Part shown: positions 37,431-51,423 of the stretch, in pieces
Position numbering within the stretch: the first letter of the stretch is position 1
How the letters are laid out: each line of letters begins with the position of its first letter
Source of the DNA: Camelus dromedarius
Lineage: Eukaryota
Assembly (NCBI RefSeq): GCF_036321535.1
Contig: NC_087447.1
Span: 40,178,001-40,242,000 of the forward strand
Direction: 5' to 3'
Length of the DNA stretch: 64,000 nucleotides
The notes under the pieces: model-generated
The model's database searches: none
What the model was told of the DNA's origin: nothing
Seen by the model: only the letters and a program-made list of their open reading frames with translations
Made by a program: the position numbers and the translations under genes

Positions 37431-39854
37431 CTCAAGCATCATTAGACCAAAAGGAAGAGAAAAAGGAACACAATTGATGACCACTGGAACTAGCTTCCCA
37501 GGTCAAGGAATTATGTATGCTTTAAAATTAGAGGCCGTGGGCTTTCAATTTGGAAGATCTATGTTCAAAACCACTTCCTAGCTGGTGTAGCCGTGGACAA
37601 CTTGCTCAACTTCTGAGTTTAAGCTCCCCATATATAACGTGAGGAACCTCATTCGAGGAAGTCTGGGTAATAAACTGAAAACATCTGTGGTACAAGGTAG
37701 TTTTGTGAATGAACTAGAAAGGCTGACTGAGAAGGACGCCATGAGTCTGAGTCTGGGCTTCCAGGAGCTGGAATGTAATATTTTGCTAGATACCCCTCTC
37801 TTTCCCCAAAAGAAGGTCAAAGGTTAGTTAAACCAGAGGATCCTGGGTAACAGCTCTTGTTAGTCTTCCTTGTCAACCATCACCCGGCTGTTCCCTTTTT
37901 AGAGTTTGATATGAAATATAAATAAAACCAACTACCCAGAAATATGAAAGGTTTCTGCATTTTCTGGGAAGAAACAAGATGTGATGCTTTCATTTCCAAG
38001 AATAGCCTTGAAGCAATGTGGTTTTTGCCAACTGGAGTCCCTTATTTGTGGTTCTGCCTATGGGACTTTATGAGTCACAAAGCAATTCCCTTTCCCTGCC
38101 TCTGGCTGCTACAAATTAACTCAGGGCCTCAGATTGTCAGCTTTGGTAATGGACTCAGCCTATGACATCTGGGAGACAAGTTCAAGGTTCATGCAGAGTC
38201 CTGAGTAGCTCTCAAAATGACAGGTGAGCCTCCTGACCCAAGAGTTTCTGATGCCCTCACATTTGGGACTCCCACACCTTTGCCTTCCCTGGGCCTTGTC
38301 ACCTGCTAAATGGCATCAAACAGTGTGACAGGGCAGTGGATAAAAGACGGAGTTCTATAAAAACTTAAGGAGGGCTGGGAAGGACCCTGGGCAGAACCTT
38401 CCCTCCAAGCTGCCTGAGGAAAGCACAGCCCTCAACCCCACCCTCAAGGCTCACAGACAGGACGTGTTTCAAGATAAACACAATCAACAAACCAAACCCT
38501 CTCACCATTTCCACTGCCAAGCCCCCCATTCAAACTTACCATCTCTCAGGCTTACCTCCCCAAGGGACCATGGGGCAGGACTCAGTTTCCTTGGCAGTGA
38601 GATGGGGGTCTTCACCCCTATGCACTCACAGGGTGTTGGAAAGGCTAAACCCCATAGCTCTGCACCTTGCACACAGAAGAATCTCAGTCGTGGCTATTTG
38701 GATCCAACACCTGAGTTGTGGCAGGAGCCAGCCAGGTCCAAGGCAGTGGGAAATGCAGAGCCCAGCACGGGCAGAACACCTAGTTCTCAGGTGATGTGTG
38801 CAGACATCATCTTCTTACCTGGCCCAGGAAGGCCTGGCTTTCCATCAGGTTGGCACGTGGTACCCAACTGAACCTAAAGGAGCAACTCCCAGGGTTGGGA
38901 CGGGGCTGGAAGGGCCCCCTCGTCCTCCCTGTAATCTCCTTCCAGCCTGGGGTCCCCAGCCTCCCCTCGGTCACCTTCCAGAGTGGAGCACGCACCACCT
39001 CCTAGGGCAGCCTGTCCCATCCCTGCCTCCACTGACTGGAACAGAGCCTCCATGAGATGACTCCTGTTAGTCATTCTCCAGGGAGATCAATGCTATCTCT
39101 CCAAAGGGTTCTCCCAGCTCCTGATTTTAGGCCTTGAGATCACCCACAGGAAGTCAAAGTCCCTTCCATGCAGGCTGAACCCATACACGCAGCCTTCTTC
39201 CACACACCATCCGGAGCCCTCCCTGGAAAGGCTAACAAAAACTCATTCAAGAGCCGTGCTGTGAAAGCCCAACCAAGTTCCCGGCCTGCAGCAGGGCCTG
39301 GACACTGCCCTTTGCCTCTGATGCCCCAAGGCATGAAGCTCAGGAAAGAGGCTCGAAGTCCACTGCAGTCCCTGGCCTTCCATGTGGCTCCTCCTTGGAG
39401 AGTCCAAGGTCCTGTGGTCTTGCCCTTCCATCCCCAGCTCTCTCCTCACTCTATTTCAATAGCAAGTTGACTCCACTGCCCTGGCTTGAAATGACCTCAC
39501 ACATTCCCACATCCTTACCTCCATCCATTTTCTTGTGGAATCACTCACAGTAACAGATCCCAGGACGACCTGAGGTTGCCCTCCCCCCACCCTCACCCCA
39601 TGAGTCAGAGACCTGTATGCTGACCAGTCACAGTGCCAGGAAGGAGGCCAACGTCATCAGATGCCCACTGCAGGCTCGGCTCGTTCACCTACGTTACCCT
39701 GAGAAGCCCTCACAACAAGTCTATGGGGTACAGTGATTCCTTCTCTTTCTGTTCCTACTCTGTAATAAGCAAGGACTTTGGGGTGGGAGGAGCAATTCCA
39801 GAACTTGCTCATCTCACTTTCCTGTAATGCAAGTATAAATTTGCCACATGTGGT

Positions 39855-40010
39855 TGCTATGTGTATGTGTTTATGTTCATGTAGGCATATATATGTGTGT
39901 ATGTATATAAATGTATGTATATATGCCTGGGTGTATATGTGCTGCATATATGCGTGTGTGTGTGTATATATACACACGCATGAGTGTTTGCATGTACAGA
40001 CACAAACACA
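39855..40010. repeat. Imperfect (TG/TA/CA)n alternating purine-pyrimidine tract
   Basis: tatgtgtatgtgt...atatatgtgtgtatgtatata...gtgtgtgtgtgtatatatacacacg. Confidence 0.9.
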
Positions 40011-41427
40011 TACAAATTTAAAATTTTTTCCATAATGATTTCTGGCCAGTGCCCCTCATCTCTGTACTGCTAAGCCCACCTCTAAGAACCTTCTAGGAGA
40101 AGTAAAGCCTTTGAGTGTGTCAGAACTCTGGCCTGGGCACGAGGAAACTGAGCCTCATCAGAAAAGCACCAACCGCACTGTTCAGCTGCTCACAGGGTAG
40201 CAGCCCCTGTCCCAGACCCTTTACATCCATGGTCTCACTTAACCATCCTTGTCTGACAGACGAGGAGGCAGATTCACAGGAGGCTGGTAACCCCTTCCCT
40301 ATGCCAAGGTTATTGAGCAGCCATGCTGTGAAATGAGCCCAGTTTCATCTCACTTCAAAACCCACACTCTTAGCCACAGACTAATATGAGCCATGTAGGT
40401 GGAAATAATATCCCCTGCCTTTTCTGAAGCCACTGTGTAAACTAAGTGGGTTATACTCTGTTGTCTCTGAAGTTCTTTCAGGCTCCGAGAGCATACAGAT
40501 GTCAACTACAGGGTGTGGCTTCAAAAGTCATGGTACAACCAAACAATAAAGTATTAGGCAGTCCTTTTAAAATAATATTTATCAGGACATTTAATCCTTG
40601 GAAAAGGCTTCTGCCCTAAATCAGAGTGAAAAGAGCAGGCTACAAATTCAGGTACTCAGTATGACCCCTATTCCTTAGACTAATACCTAGAAGAGAAAGG
40701 AAACAAGCCAAACGTGAACAGTGGTCGTGTGTTTGTGTGTGTGTCCTATTTCAGATGATTTATTTGTAGCTTAATACTTTTCTATATTTCCCAGATTTTC
40801 TACTGGAAGCGCACATGATTTTATAACTCCCTCCTATGTACGCACTCCAAGCGTGGAGTCTTCCCGCCCTGACGAGACTAGCTTGGTCTCGTGTTTCCTC
40901 TCTTCCTCAGCCTGCACCGCTCCAGCCACACCAGCAGTGCCTTTTTTCTCCAGAAAAGAAAGGGCCATTCTGTAAGAAGCCTTGATGCTGCTAATTTAAT
41001 GAATTAAATTTAATGGCTTACATTCCAACAGGTGAGGGACAAGATGCCCCCCAAAGGCTGCATTCCTCCCATACCTCTGCTCTCTGGACCAGGGACCTTC
41101 AAGTCCAGTGAGGCAGGTCCCTTTCCAGAGAGCTGTGCCGGGGAATGGGGAAGACCAGAAGAGCCTCTGATCCAAACTCAGCTGTGCCCCAGTCCCCTTG
41201 CCAGTCAACCCCACAAGAAAGAATTCTGCGTACCTGGTTAAAGGGCAGGAGTTCCCAAAATAATATACATCTCAGCACACACACCAAGCACATGTTACCA
41301 ACAAAACCTCAGCAGCCTATTCTGTACACACCCCGGACTACTTTCATCACACAGTGGGTGCCAGGCAGGACCGCGAATTCTAAACTTCAGTTTCTAGGAG
41401 GCCCGCCTATCTCACAACCAACGGTGG

Positions 41428-41677
41428 GAGGTACTTAGAATAAGCAAATTCATAGAGACAAATAGTAGAAGGCTGGTTACCTGGAGCTGAGGGAGGACAT
41501 GTTTAATGGGGACAGAGTTTCATTTTGGGGTGATGAAAAAGTTCTGGAGATGGATGGTGGTGATGGTTGCACAACAACGTGAAATGTACTTAATGCCACT
41601 GAATTCTAACATTTAAAAATGGTTAAATTGGTAAATTTTGTCATGTATATTTTTTCACAATAAAAAATAAATAAATA
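41428..41677 (+). mobile_element. L1MB 3' end
   Basis: gcaaattcatagagaca...gatgaaaaagttctggagatggatggtggtgatggttgcacaacaacgtgaa...cacaataaaaaataa. Confidence 0.9.
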
Positions 41678-43149
41678 CATTCAAACCACAACTATCCCCA
41701 TCCTATATAGTGGGAGCTATCCAAGGCCAGGCTATAGAGTTTGTGGCCTAATTAACAATGAAGCTAATTTTCTAAAATGCTGTCGAATTAAAATGTAATA
41801 AGCAAAATAAATAGTGAAAGAATCTTGCTGTTTTTTTTATTTGGCTCAATGGCCTAATTTCTTATTTTTTTTCTGTAAGTCATCTAGGCTTCTCTCAGTC
41901 TTCCTTCCAAATCTCATTTGACTCCAGGAAGCCTTAGAAGCTCCACCCTGACAAATTCCAAATTTACATTTCTTGTTCTGCTTTCTCCAGGCAACCCCAC
42001 CAAGGCTGTTCCTCCCCTACCTGGCACCTGTAAAAACTGCTTCAACATGGCAGGGAAGGTTAGGTATAGGCTCCCTGGTCTTAGCTCCCAGGGCCTACCA
42101 TCCACTGCCTGGGGAGAACACTCCTGTATTCTGACGGTGCCTGTACAGTGCAGCCAGCAGACTGCAGTTCCTTGAAAGCAGGGAGCATTCTTCCCTGCAG
42201 TGCACAGATTTCCTAAAAGCTCCCTGAGGGCAGGTCCCGATCAGCCCAGGGCTGTTGGACATGGCATCAGGCTCAAATGAGGGGAAACACTGGCCGTGTA
42301 ATTAGATGAGACTTCTGCCCCTCAAAGTCGGAGCTTGGCATATTTTTCATTGACTAACATCAATTTCAGAGACACTGGGTATGAATCCTTTTGATGCTGG
42401 GAGACCCCTGTTGCAAGGCAAAGAAGCTTCCCCACTTGCAGAAACAGTAAGCCTCACACATATACCATAGTTACTGTTCTTAGGAAAAGCACGTGCATGT
42501 GAACAAATCCTCCCTCCACTAACTCCCAGTCTTCCTTCCAGGCTCCTTTCTAGACACTCTCCACCTCCCTAACCCTGACCCCTTTCCAAAATGGGTTGGC
42601 TCCTTCCCAGGGTATCCTGCCCTCATCTCAGTTATAGTAAGTTCTTCCATGCTGAAATTAATTTTTTACTTCCCTATTCCCAGTTCCTAGCACAAGGCTC
42701 TCTCTATACAGTATGTGCTAAATGAATGAATGAGGGTTCAATCCCTGAGAACATAATAATCGTTGACATTTAATGAGCATCTATGAAGTCTCACACACAC
42801 ACTGTACCCAGGAGCCCAGGATGACTGCAGAGCAGTCCCTGCCCCAGAGGCTCACAGCCCAGTCATGTCTCATGAAGTCTGCCTTCCAAAGCACCCCCCT
42901 CAATTCTGAAGAATTGTGCCAAGTGACTGCGTTTTTCAAGCTAAAAAAGAAGACTTCATTGCCCAACGAAAGTTTTTCTTTTTCTGATGTGTGAATTTAT
43001 CATTGTGAAGTCAGTCTCAAAAATGTGCACAAATGCAACCACAGTTAGAATTATATTTGTTCTTAGTGGACAAAATAAAATGGTACCCTCCCTCCTTTCC
43101 TCCACAGTCTAGATGCCCAATAGAAGAGTCCAGCCTGGCAATGTCCACT

Positions 43150-44160
43150 TCTTCACCTCCAACCTCCACTCACTCTCCAATCCATCACAGTCTTGTTCCC
43201 ACCCACACACCTAGCCCACCCCAGGCACTATGTCCAAGGTCACCACCAACTCTGTTGCTAAAACCAACTGTCACTTATCAGAGCTTATCTTTCTCATGGT
43301 CTTTCCTATTTTCAGTCCGTGCAAATACCTCTCTCTGAATTCCCCTGAAATTTTCCAAGGTTCTGATCTTCACCCTCGTCTCATTCTCAAGGACCTCAAC
43401 TCTCCCACAGTTCAACCAATATCTATGTCCCGATGACCCATCAGGCTTATCCCCCTGTCTTGAACCTCCCTGCTGCATTCCATTCCAGGCCTGTATTCAA
43501 CTGCCAATTACATGCTTTCCCCAACTCTCTTACAGAGACCTCATGTGTAGGCAGTTTACCTCCTGCCCTCACGTCCCCTGCCTCCCTAACCTCAGTGACC
43601 AGCACCATCTATGGCCAGACACGCCAAACCCTTGGAGTCACCTTCTCTGCCCTCTTCCCCTCATCTGGAGGAGCCAGCCAGTCACCAAGCACTAGGTCCT
43701 CAATAGCCTTAACCACTGCCTCCCGTCCATCCTCCCTGCTCTCACATCAACTCTCGAATTCTCCTCCTAAATGCCTTTCCTGTGTCCTCCCTCCAATACA
43801 CCAGCCTTTCTCTCCAGCTGCTGCCAGAGAGATATTTCCACCAGAAGTGCACACCTGGTCAGGTTTTGTTCTATTTCAAATCCTTCAGCAGCTCCCTGAC
43901 CATCTTCAGGACGAGATCCAAACATCTTAGCAGAGCAAAACAAAAACCACCTTCATGATTTGCCCCTTGCCTGCTCTCCAGCCTGCCCCTCACCCCTTCC
44001 CCAAGACTCTAGACTTACTGAGCCCTCTGGAGTTCCATGACAAAGCCAACTCTTCTTGGCTTCCCTCCCTGTGCCTTTGCTTATGCTGGTCCCTCCATGT
44101 AGAAAGCCTGTCGAGATGCTGTTTACTTGGTGAAAACCCAGTCAGCTTTAGGGCTGAAAC
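43150..44160 (+). mobile_element. Degenerate L2 fragment
   Basis: ccaaggtcaccaccaactctg...aaacccttggagtcacc...ctgctgccagagagatatttcc. Confidence 0.7.
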
Positions 44161-44174
44161 ATCAGAGGCAACAG

Positions 44175-44355
44175 AGTGTCAGAGGTCCCAGTGTGGACTC
44201 TGGAGTCAGGCAGACGTGTTACAAACCTGAGCCACCACCTACGAGGTGTGTGAGCCTGAGTGAGTTACCTAACCTCTTTGAACCTCAGTCTCTTTGTCCA
44301 TAAAATGGAGATAATAACAGTCCTGGCCGCACTGGGTTCCATGAGGATGAAGCTC
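44175..44355 (+). mobile_element. MIR SINE
   Basis: gtggactctggagtcaggcag...gagttacctaacctctttgaacctcagt...taaaatggagataataacagt. Confidence 0.85.
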
Positions 44356-45281
44356 AGTGACGCCAACTAGAGAGTTTCTTTGGCTGCACTGTACTTTGAA
44401 GTCTTACCTTGGCCTCGCCACACCCCTTTTCCCACACTGTACTCGTGGAGGTGCCAGTGATGGGAACACACAGACCAGCACATTGAACCACCTGCAGGTC
44501 TGCCTGCCTCCCCGGGCTGCAAGCTCTCTGATGCTAGGGGGTGCGCATCCAGGGCCTGGCACCTGTGCCTCTGGCAATGGTAGATGCTCAGTAACCGCTG
44601 CTTGTCGGTAGAATCCAATCAAGAGCAACCACAAAATTTAGGCTATGTGGTGACTTGAACTGTGACAGCCCTGTATCTCTAACCACCACCAGAATTACCA
44701 CAGGAGCCTCCTAACTAATCTCCACTTCCCATCTTCCTCTTCCCACCTTGCTGGCCGGCACCAGCCCACCCTCTTCCTAAAGCCCTCAGGGCTCCCAGCA
44801 CCCCACTGTATAAGCCCAAACTCCCCTGATGGGTTCATCAGCCTCCTTCAGGCAGCCTCCTCTTCCTGGTTAGGCTCAGTTCCCAAAGGCATCAGGGCTC
44901 CCCTGTAGCCACATCAGACTGGCCCCTTGAATGCTCCATGTCCAGCCTCTGCCTTCCTCCTCCCACCCCTGCTCAAATCTTACCCATCCTCTGAAGCTAT
45001 GTCAGGACCCATAGTACTAACTGAAAACCTACTATGTGCTATCATCACAGTCTACTCAGAGAATCAATTTTAAATAACAATTATTGGTAAGAGGTGGGTA
45101 CCAAGACATGTGGACACAGAGATGGGAGATGGAAGGACTGACAGCCTGGAGGGAAGTTCACAGAAGAAGTGGCACCAGAGCTGGACCTTAAGGGATGAGC
45201 TGGAGTTTTTAGGCACAAAAACTTCCCCAACCAGCACTGACCTTTCTTTCCCATGCCTTCTTCAAACTCCCAGAGTCTATG

Positions 45282-45445
45282 CCAAAGGTCACTAAACCTG
45301 ATTCTACACCAAAAGATTCACTAGGAAGTATCCAAAAATACAGCTTCCTGGGCCCTCTCCCAAACAGAATCTAAGATCCAAGGGGAAAACTGTTTTTAAG
45401 TCCTCAGGGAATTCTGCAGCCCAGCCAGGTTCCAGAATCACTAAC
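45282..45445 (+). mobile_element. MER5A-like hAT element
   Basis: aaaaatacagcttcctgggccc...tttttaagtcctcagggaattctgcagcccagccaggttccagaatcact. Confidence 0.6.
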
Positions 45446-46082
45446 TCATTCAATTCCACTCATGCCATTTACTGAGAACCTACCCTGTACAGGGCCTTGC
45501 TAGGCACTCTGGATACCAGGGGAACTAAATCTGTCTCCCCAGTATCTGGGAAATTCCCATCTAGTGGGGAGACAGTTATAACACAAGGGTCTTACGGGGC
45601 ACAGAGCCAGCCATTAAGCAGCTCATTTAGCCTTGAACCCAACATAGTTTTGTGCACTAATCTTGTCTGGACAATTAGTGTATAAACTTCTTAAGGAAAA
45701 GGTCAGTGTCTTTTGTTTCTGTTCTATTTCCCACAGTACTCAGCTCAGTTCCAATTATGCAGATGGCATTCAATCAATATTTTAGATTCCAATAATTCAA
45801 CTTTTTGTATTATGTCCCTTTTGGACTAATTCACCCATTAACGAATTGTCAACTGATTTTTATCTTTGTAATTTTGGTGTCAGTGTGGTGTCTGCTACTA
45901 GTAAGTAGTACATGTTTGCTGAATGAATGAACATTTAGTGGTAAGAATTTATTTCAGGAGGAATGGAACAGCTTACATTGTACCCCCTTTCGAGTTCACT
46001 TATAAGACTGCCAAAATTTTTCATTTGAATTATAGGCCTTTAACTTCAGGATTGATTTCCTGAGACACAATTACATATGCTT

Positions 46083-46347
46083 TGTTGTTTACATTGTCAT
46101 TAATGTTATTAGCAATGTAAATAATACCTCCCTGGATCTGGGCAGTCAGCTGGCCTCTGTGCAGGTGTGCCCAGGGCAGGGGAAGGAGAGATGCTTGCCT
46201 GTTTCTTCCATTAAGGTGCTCACCCAGCTGGCAGTTCAGCTGGCCACGCCCATTTCCCCAGTCTCCACACAAGGGCCTGTAAACTGCATTCAGCCTTTAC
46301 GAGCAGGTGTGTGCACCTGCATGGGCGGGTGAGCCCCGCCTGAGTCA
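46083..46347. promoter_or_regulatory. Candidate enhancer: inverted FOX sites, six E-boxes, GC boxes, AP-1
   Basis: Motif cluster in non-repetitive sequence (see findings). Confidence 0.4.
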
Positions 46348-49300
46348 GAAAAGCCTAATGGGCTGTTCAAAACCTACTGACATGTCAACACACTTGGGAA
46401 GCCAGGATCTGTGATTTAAACGTGAAAAACCCTGTGCTGCAGAGAAGCAGCCTGACAAAACCAGGACACACATCTGGAGGCTGCTGGGAGACGTGTCCAA
46501 GGATGGGACATTCAGCCAAGCAGGGGTGGGCTGGGCAAGCTGGGGTGGCCAGCGGGGTGGGCTCTCCCCTGCTTCCGCTGGGGCTGGCGCTCCCATGCTT
46601 TGTTGCTGGTATTGTTCTTTGTTTGTGTGTATGTTTGTTTTAAGCCCTGAAAACAGGGCTCATAGTCTTGAGAGGGGGAATTTTGGGGTATGGATCAAAG
46701 ATCTTTCGGCCCTTCCTCCAGGCCCAGCCAGGAGATGGGAATTCTAATTCCCTTCATGCCCAGGACCAAAGAGATCTTCCCTGGAGTGGATGCTGGATCG
46801 TGGACAACACCCAGGCAACTCTGCCTGAGAGCCCTTCACTCCCTTTTGCTTCTGCTAGAAAATGGGAGGGTTTACTTGCTGGTAATTTACTCATTCCTAT
46901 ATTCATCCCATAGATACCAGTCACCTTGTGCCAGGCAATGTGCAAAATGAACACAGCTTAACAGTTTTCAGATGCAGCCTCCAGGGAGTGAGCAGGCCAG
47001 AGACTGACAGGGTGAGACAGCACTGAGCAATGCTCTCTTCATTTCACCAGGACCCACACAAAGGATGCTCAGCCCATGTCAAATATGCTGTTACGAGGGG
47101 GGCGGTCCAGACATCTGAGCAGAAGGGAGGGACAAAGACAGTTTGGGCCACTTCCTTATTGTGCAGAGGAACTGAAGTCTCCATGAACTATTTTCACAAA
47201 AGCTCTATAAAACCATTGAAGGTTTCAGACAGTAAATACAGCAAGGCCTCTATGATAAGACAGGGACAGAACCAGTCCCTAAAATACACTCAAATGCTGA
47301 ACCCACTTCTGAACAGATTATTAGCTTGGCAGACTGAACTTCACTGTTGGTAATGGCTGTGAGGCTGACACTGAGGGCAGTGTGGGCCTGTGTGAGCAGG
47401 CCGCTGAGCTCTGAGGGGAAGGACGCCTGGCTCTCCAGGTGACACTCAAAGGCCACGTTTCTGTGGGCTCAGAGATGCTGGGACAAGCATCCCAGGACCA
47501 GTGACTGCCTTGACCACTCCCCATTCAGTGGGTCAAAACGCCCCTCACTGACCCACACCCCAACAGACAGCAGCCCCACAGAGGACCACACAGAAGGTGT
47601 GACCAAGCTGGTGGATTTTCTATCAAGGTTTGGGAGACAGTCTCCTGCCATCCCACTGTAATACATTTGCGGTGGCTGAATTGAAGAGGCTGGGCTCTTC
47701 TCTCAGCTTTTGGGGTTATGTTCTGAAAAACACATTCACTAAAGTAAACAGCAACTGTCCCAGAAAGGATTTTCTCTTTCCTTATAAATAAATGAAACCC
47801 AGGGGCCACAAAAGATGGACTGTGATACGAGACCAAGAAGCCTTGGACTCCAAGGTCACTCTCTGGGTTTTTGCTCCCCTCGTCTCCCTGAAGGGTAAGT
47901 CAGGCTCAAAGTTCCATTTCCAGAATGGATTTCCTGGGCAGACCTCAGCAAGGAGTTCATTAGAGAGGAGAGGCCAGAGTTCCTGGAGGGCTCTCTCCCC
48001 AACTCCCCTTCCCACTCTGAAGGGGTGAGCTTTTGAAAGATTCTGGCCCACCCTCATAGCAAATGATCCATTCCGATAATTTTTGCGCTGTAAATCTTGT
48101 CCTTAAAAACAGCCATATATATTTTGTAGCCTTCTTACCCAACATCCCCAGCTCCTACAGAATTATTGTGTGGCTTTGTCTGGAATGCAAAACAGTCCCT
48201 GGAGAGACAGTCTGCACATGAACTCACAAGGGTGTTTGCTATCAGCTTATTTGGCAAGAGAATTCTGAGACATTTTAAATATGAACTGTCAGCATGGTCT
48301 GTCCCGCCCTGATGCCTTAGCCCCATCAATAAGCACCTCCACTGATGTGTGAGACACAAAATGTAGAAAATAAACACACACTGTCTGAAAATGAGCCACA
48401 CACACATTTCTGCAGGGAAAGGTATTTCAGATGCCTGGAGAATTCATAGCTGGAGAATCCTTGCTGGTCCAGACTGATGTTTCAACAATTCTCACATAGT
48501 TAGCAAGCGCTTTACAAAGCTCTTAACGGTCTGGTTCCAAACTCTTCCTCCTCCCTCAGCTTATCTCCCAACTGTAAATTCCACCCCTTCTACCATCAGC
48601 TGGGAAGAAAACATGCCCATGACTCCTCTTCACTTTCACGTACCTAATCAAGCCCTTTCATATCTCCACACTTGGAAAACTCTTTGCCTCCTTCTCTGCC
48701 TGGCAATCTCCTATTCATCCCTCAATACCCAGTCCCAGAGCACCTGCTTGGTTCCATGTTCTCTGTGTGACACTCTCTCCTCAGGGCTTCTAGAGCATTT
48801 AGTGTGTGATTCATTTAGACAATGCTTAGAACTATAGCTGTGATTCTGTACACACCTGTCCTGCCACCAGGTCAGGCTGTGAGCTCCTGGGAGTAAAGGG
48901 ACTGGGTCTTACTCACCTTTGCATCCCCACAATTAAGCCCAAAGCCTGGCACTCAGAAGTCCCATCATAAATGCTTGATGCCTCAATCAATGCCCAGCCC
49001 ACTTAGCCCCAGCCCTCTCTTCTCCATGCAAAGAGAAGCCACGTGAAATGCAGAGCAAGAAAAGGGTTTAAAATCAGACACCCTGCATCTTAGCACTGGC
49101 CCTCATGGGACATGGGCAAGTTATTTAACCTGTATCTGCCTGTTTTCTCCCCAGTACAACAAATAGCCATGCCCATCTCTCAGAGGGCCACTGTGAAGAG
49201 AAAACGAGGCAGAATATGTAAATCCAGTGCCTGCTCATTTCCCTGAGCTCAGTAGGAAGTGCTGAGCCAAATGGTGTCCTCTAGAAAAAAGTGAATGGCT

Positions 49301-51423
49301 TTCATTCTGGTTCACATGCCATCAACACAGCAATGGGGCAGACAGCCTCTAACCCAAAGCGCCCTCTCTTGGAGCAGGGGACAGTGTGGGCTGCCCCAGA
49401 TCCATGCCCTTAGCTAGAGAGTCTCAGAACGATGTCTGCTTAGCAACAAAGCTGATTTCTAGCTGAATGATAAACCCATGAGAGTCCACTATTGCTGAGG
49501 CTGGGCCATCCAATCCTTCATTTCCTGTCTTGAATTAATTTTTCACCCAAGCCACACCATAAAACAGAATACTGCAGATGCAACAGTGTTTGGTCCCTGA
49601 GTACAGGTCAAACTGCCCACACATAGGAGAAGCCTCCACCTTGCCGTGATGCTGCACCCAGGTTTTATTAGGCCTCGATAAACAAGGAGCTGGGAGCAGT
49701 GGGGCCCTGCTAACACCTTAGGCAATCAAGCTCAGGGTCAAAGAAAGGAGTGGAAAGTGTGGTGGCTGAATCCAGAAGAAGAGACAACATAGTACCTGGG
49801 AAAAAGTCACTTTGAATCATGTTTCTGATTCCAAGGCTGGGAGTCAGGAGACTTGGCTTCCATCTGGGTTCCACCACGAGCTTGCTTTATGGGTCTGGCT
49901 AAGCCATGTCTCTGGGCCTTGGTTCCCTTACCCATAAAATTGGAGAAATAGATCAGATGATCTATAGGTTCTTTCTAGCTTTAATGCCCAAAGAGCATCA
50001 GTCTTAGAGAAGATCCACCTTCCTCAGCCCTTCCCCTGTGTGTGTTAGTTGTCTGCCCTATGACATCTCTTAGCTCTCTCGAGCAGCCTTCCACCAACAT
50101 CACGACCTTTACTGCTCCATAGTGTCTGGTCACCCCTGACCACAGAGCCTGGCCAGGGAAGAAGATAAACTTGGAGTCATATTTTTGAGAACATATCTAC
50201 CGCCCTCTGGTCAAACAACTGAACAGAACACAGGCACCTTAGGGCATCAAGATCTGGGCTATCCCAACAACCCCGAGCCATCTGGGTTGGCGTCTTCTCA
50301 CTCACGGGTTTTTCCCACTCTCCTCCTATACTGACCTGTACCCTCAGGTCACCAACGCACTTTCAAAACATTAGACTTTTTTCTAGGCTGCTTGGCAGGA
50401 CACGGGGCAGCAACAGGCAGTTCTTATCTGCACTCTGGCGTATCACGGGGTGAAGCGGAGAGAGGTGGCAGAGCTACAAAGTCCAGGAAAAAGTGCCTAC
50501 AGAAGCAAGCAGAGGAGGCGGCCGACCTGGAGAAGATGGTGCTGATCACAAGGACAGGCAGAGTGGGCACTGGAACCACAGGAGTCCAGGAGGCTCCTTT
50601 AAGATGCCACAACCCTCTGAGCCTCCCTTACTTCCTTAGTAAGAAATCTAAGGGCAGGTACAGTTCTGCAACTGGCCCATGGCCATGCAGCTAAGCTGTG
50701 AACAACTAGCACTAGATTGTGGGTCTTTTGGCCTCAGCCCACCTTTTTTTCCACTCTACTCCGTTGACCTCAAGATCTAATTAGGTTGCTCTAATGAGGC
50801 CAGCTGGATCCTCTGCAGACTCTAAGCAACATGACCCAAGTGTCACTCAGGGAAAGAGCAGGCCCAGCAGATATTCCGATAACTGCCTCCCCCACCCCAC
50901 GCACTCCTTCCCAAACTGACACGGTCTGCTGTTCATTCTCCAGGCCTCGCCACAAAATCTTGGGGGGGTTCAGAGGGAGAGTGAGAGAGAAGAGGTGGGC
51001 CTTCCTCTCCCTATAGAACCCCAAACACCTAAGATAACTCACAGTGATGCCTCTCCCTCAGTCTAGCAAGATTAGCAGGGAAGAGTGGCAGAAAGAAATA
51101 GAATTAACCCACTAGAAGTCTGACCTGATTAGGCCAAGAGTATTCCCCACGAGCAATTCAATGGATCATCTGAAGGTTTATGATGACAAACAATAAGACC
51201 TTTCAAGATCAATGTTGGTCAGATCATCTAAGCATCAGGAGAAGGAAGCTCAGAGTCAAAGACTCAAGGAATTAATTATTCAGTGTGCATGACCCAGTTC
51301 CCGGAGGTGAGGCTGGGTGAGAAGAGAACGCACCAGTTCCTTATCGTGGCAAGAAATTCAAATACTTCACAGGGTAGTGTTCCTTTTGCTGCCAAAGAAG
51401 ATCCATTTATGGTTAAGAGTGAC

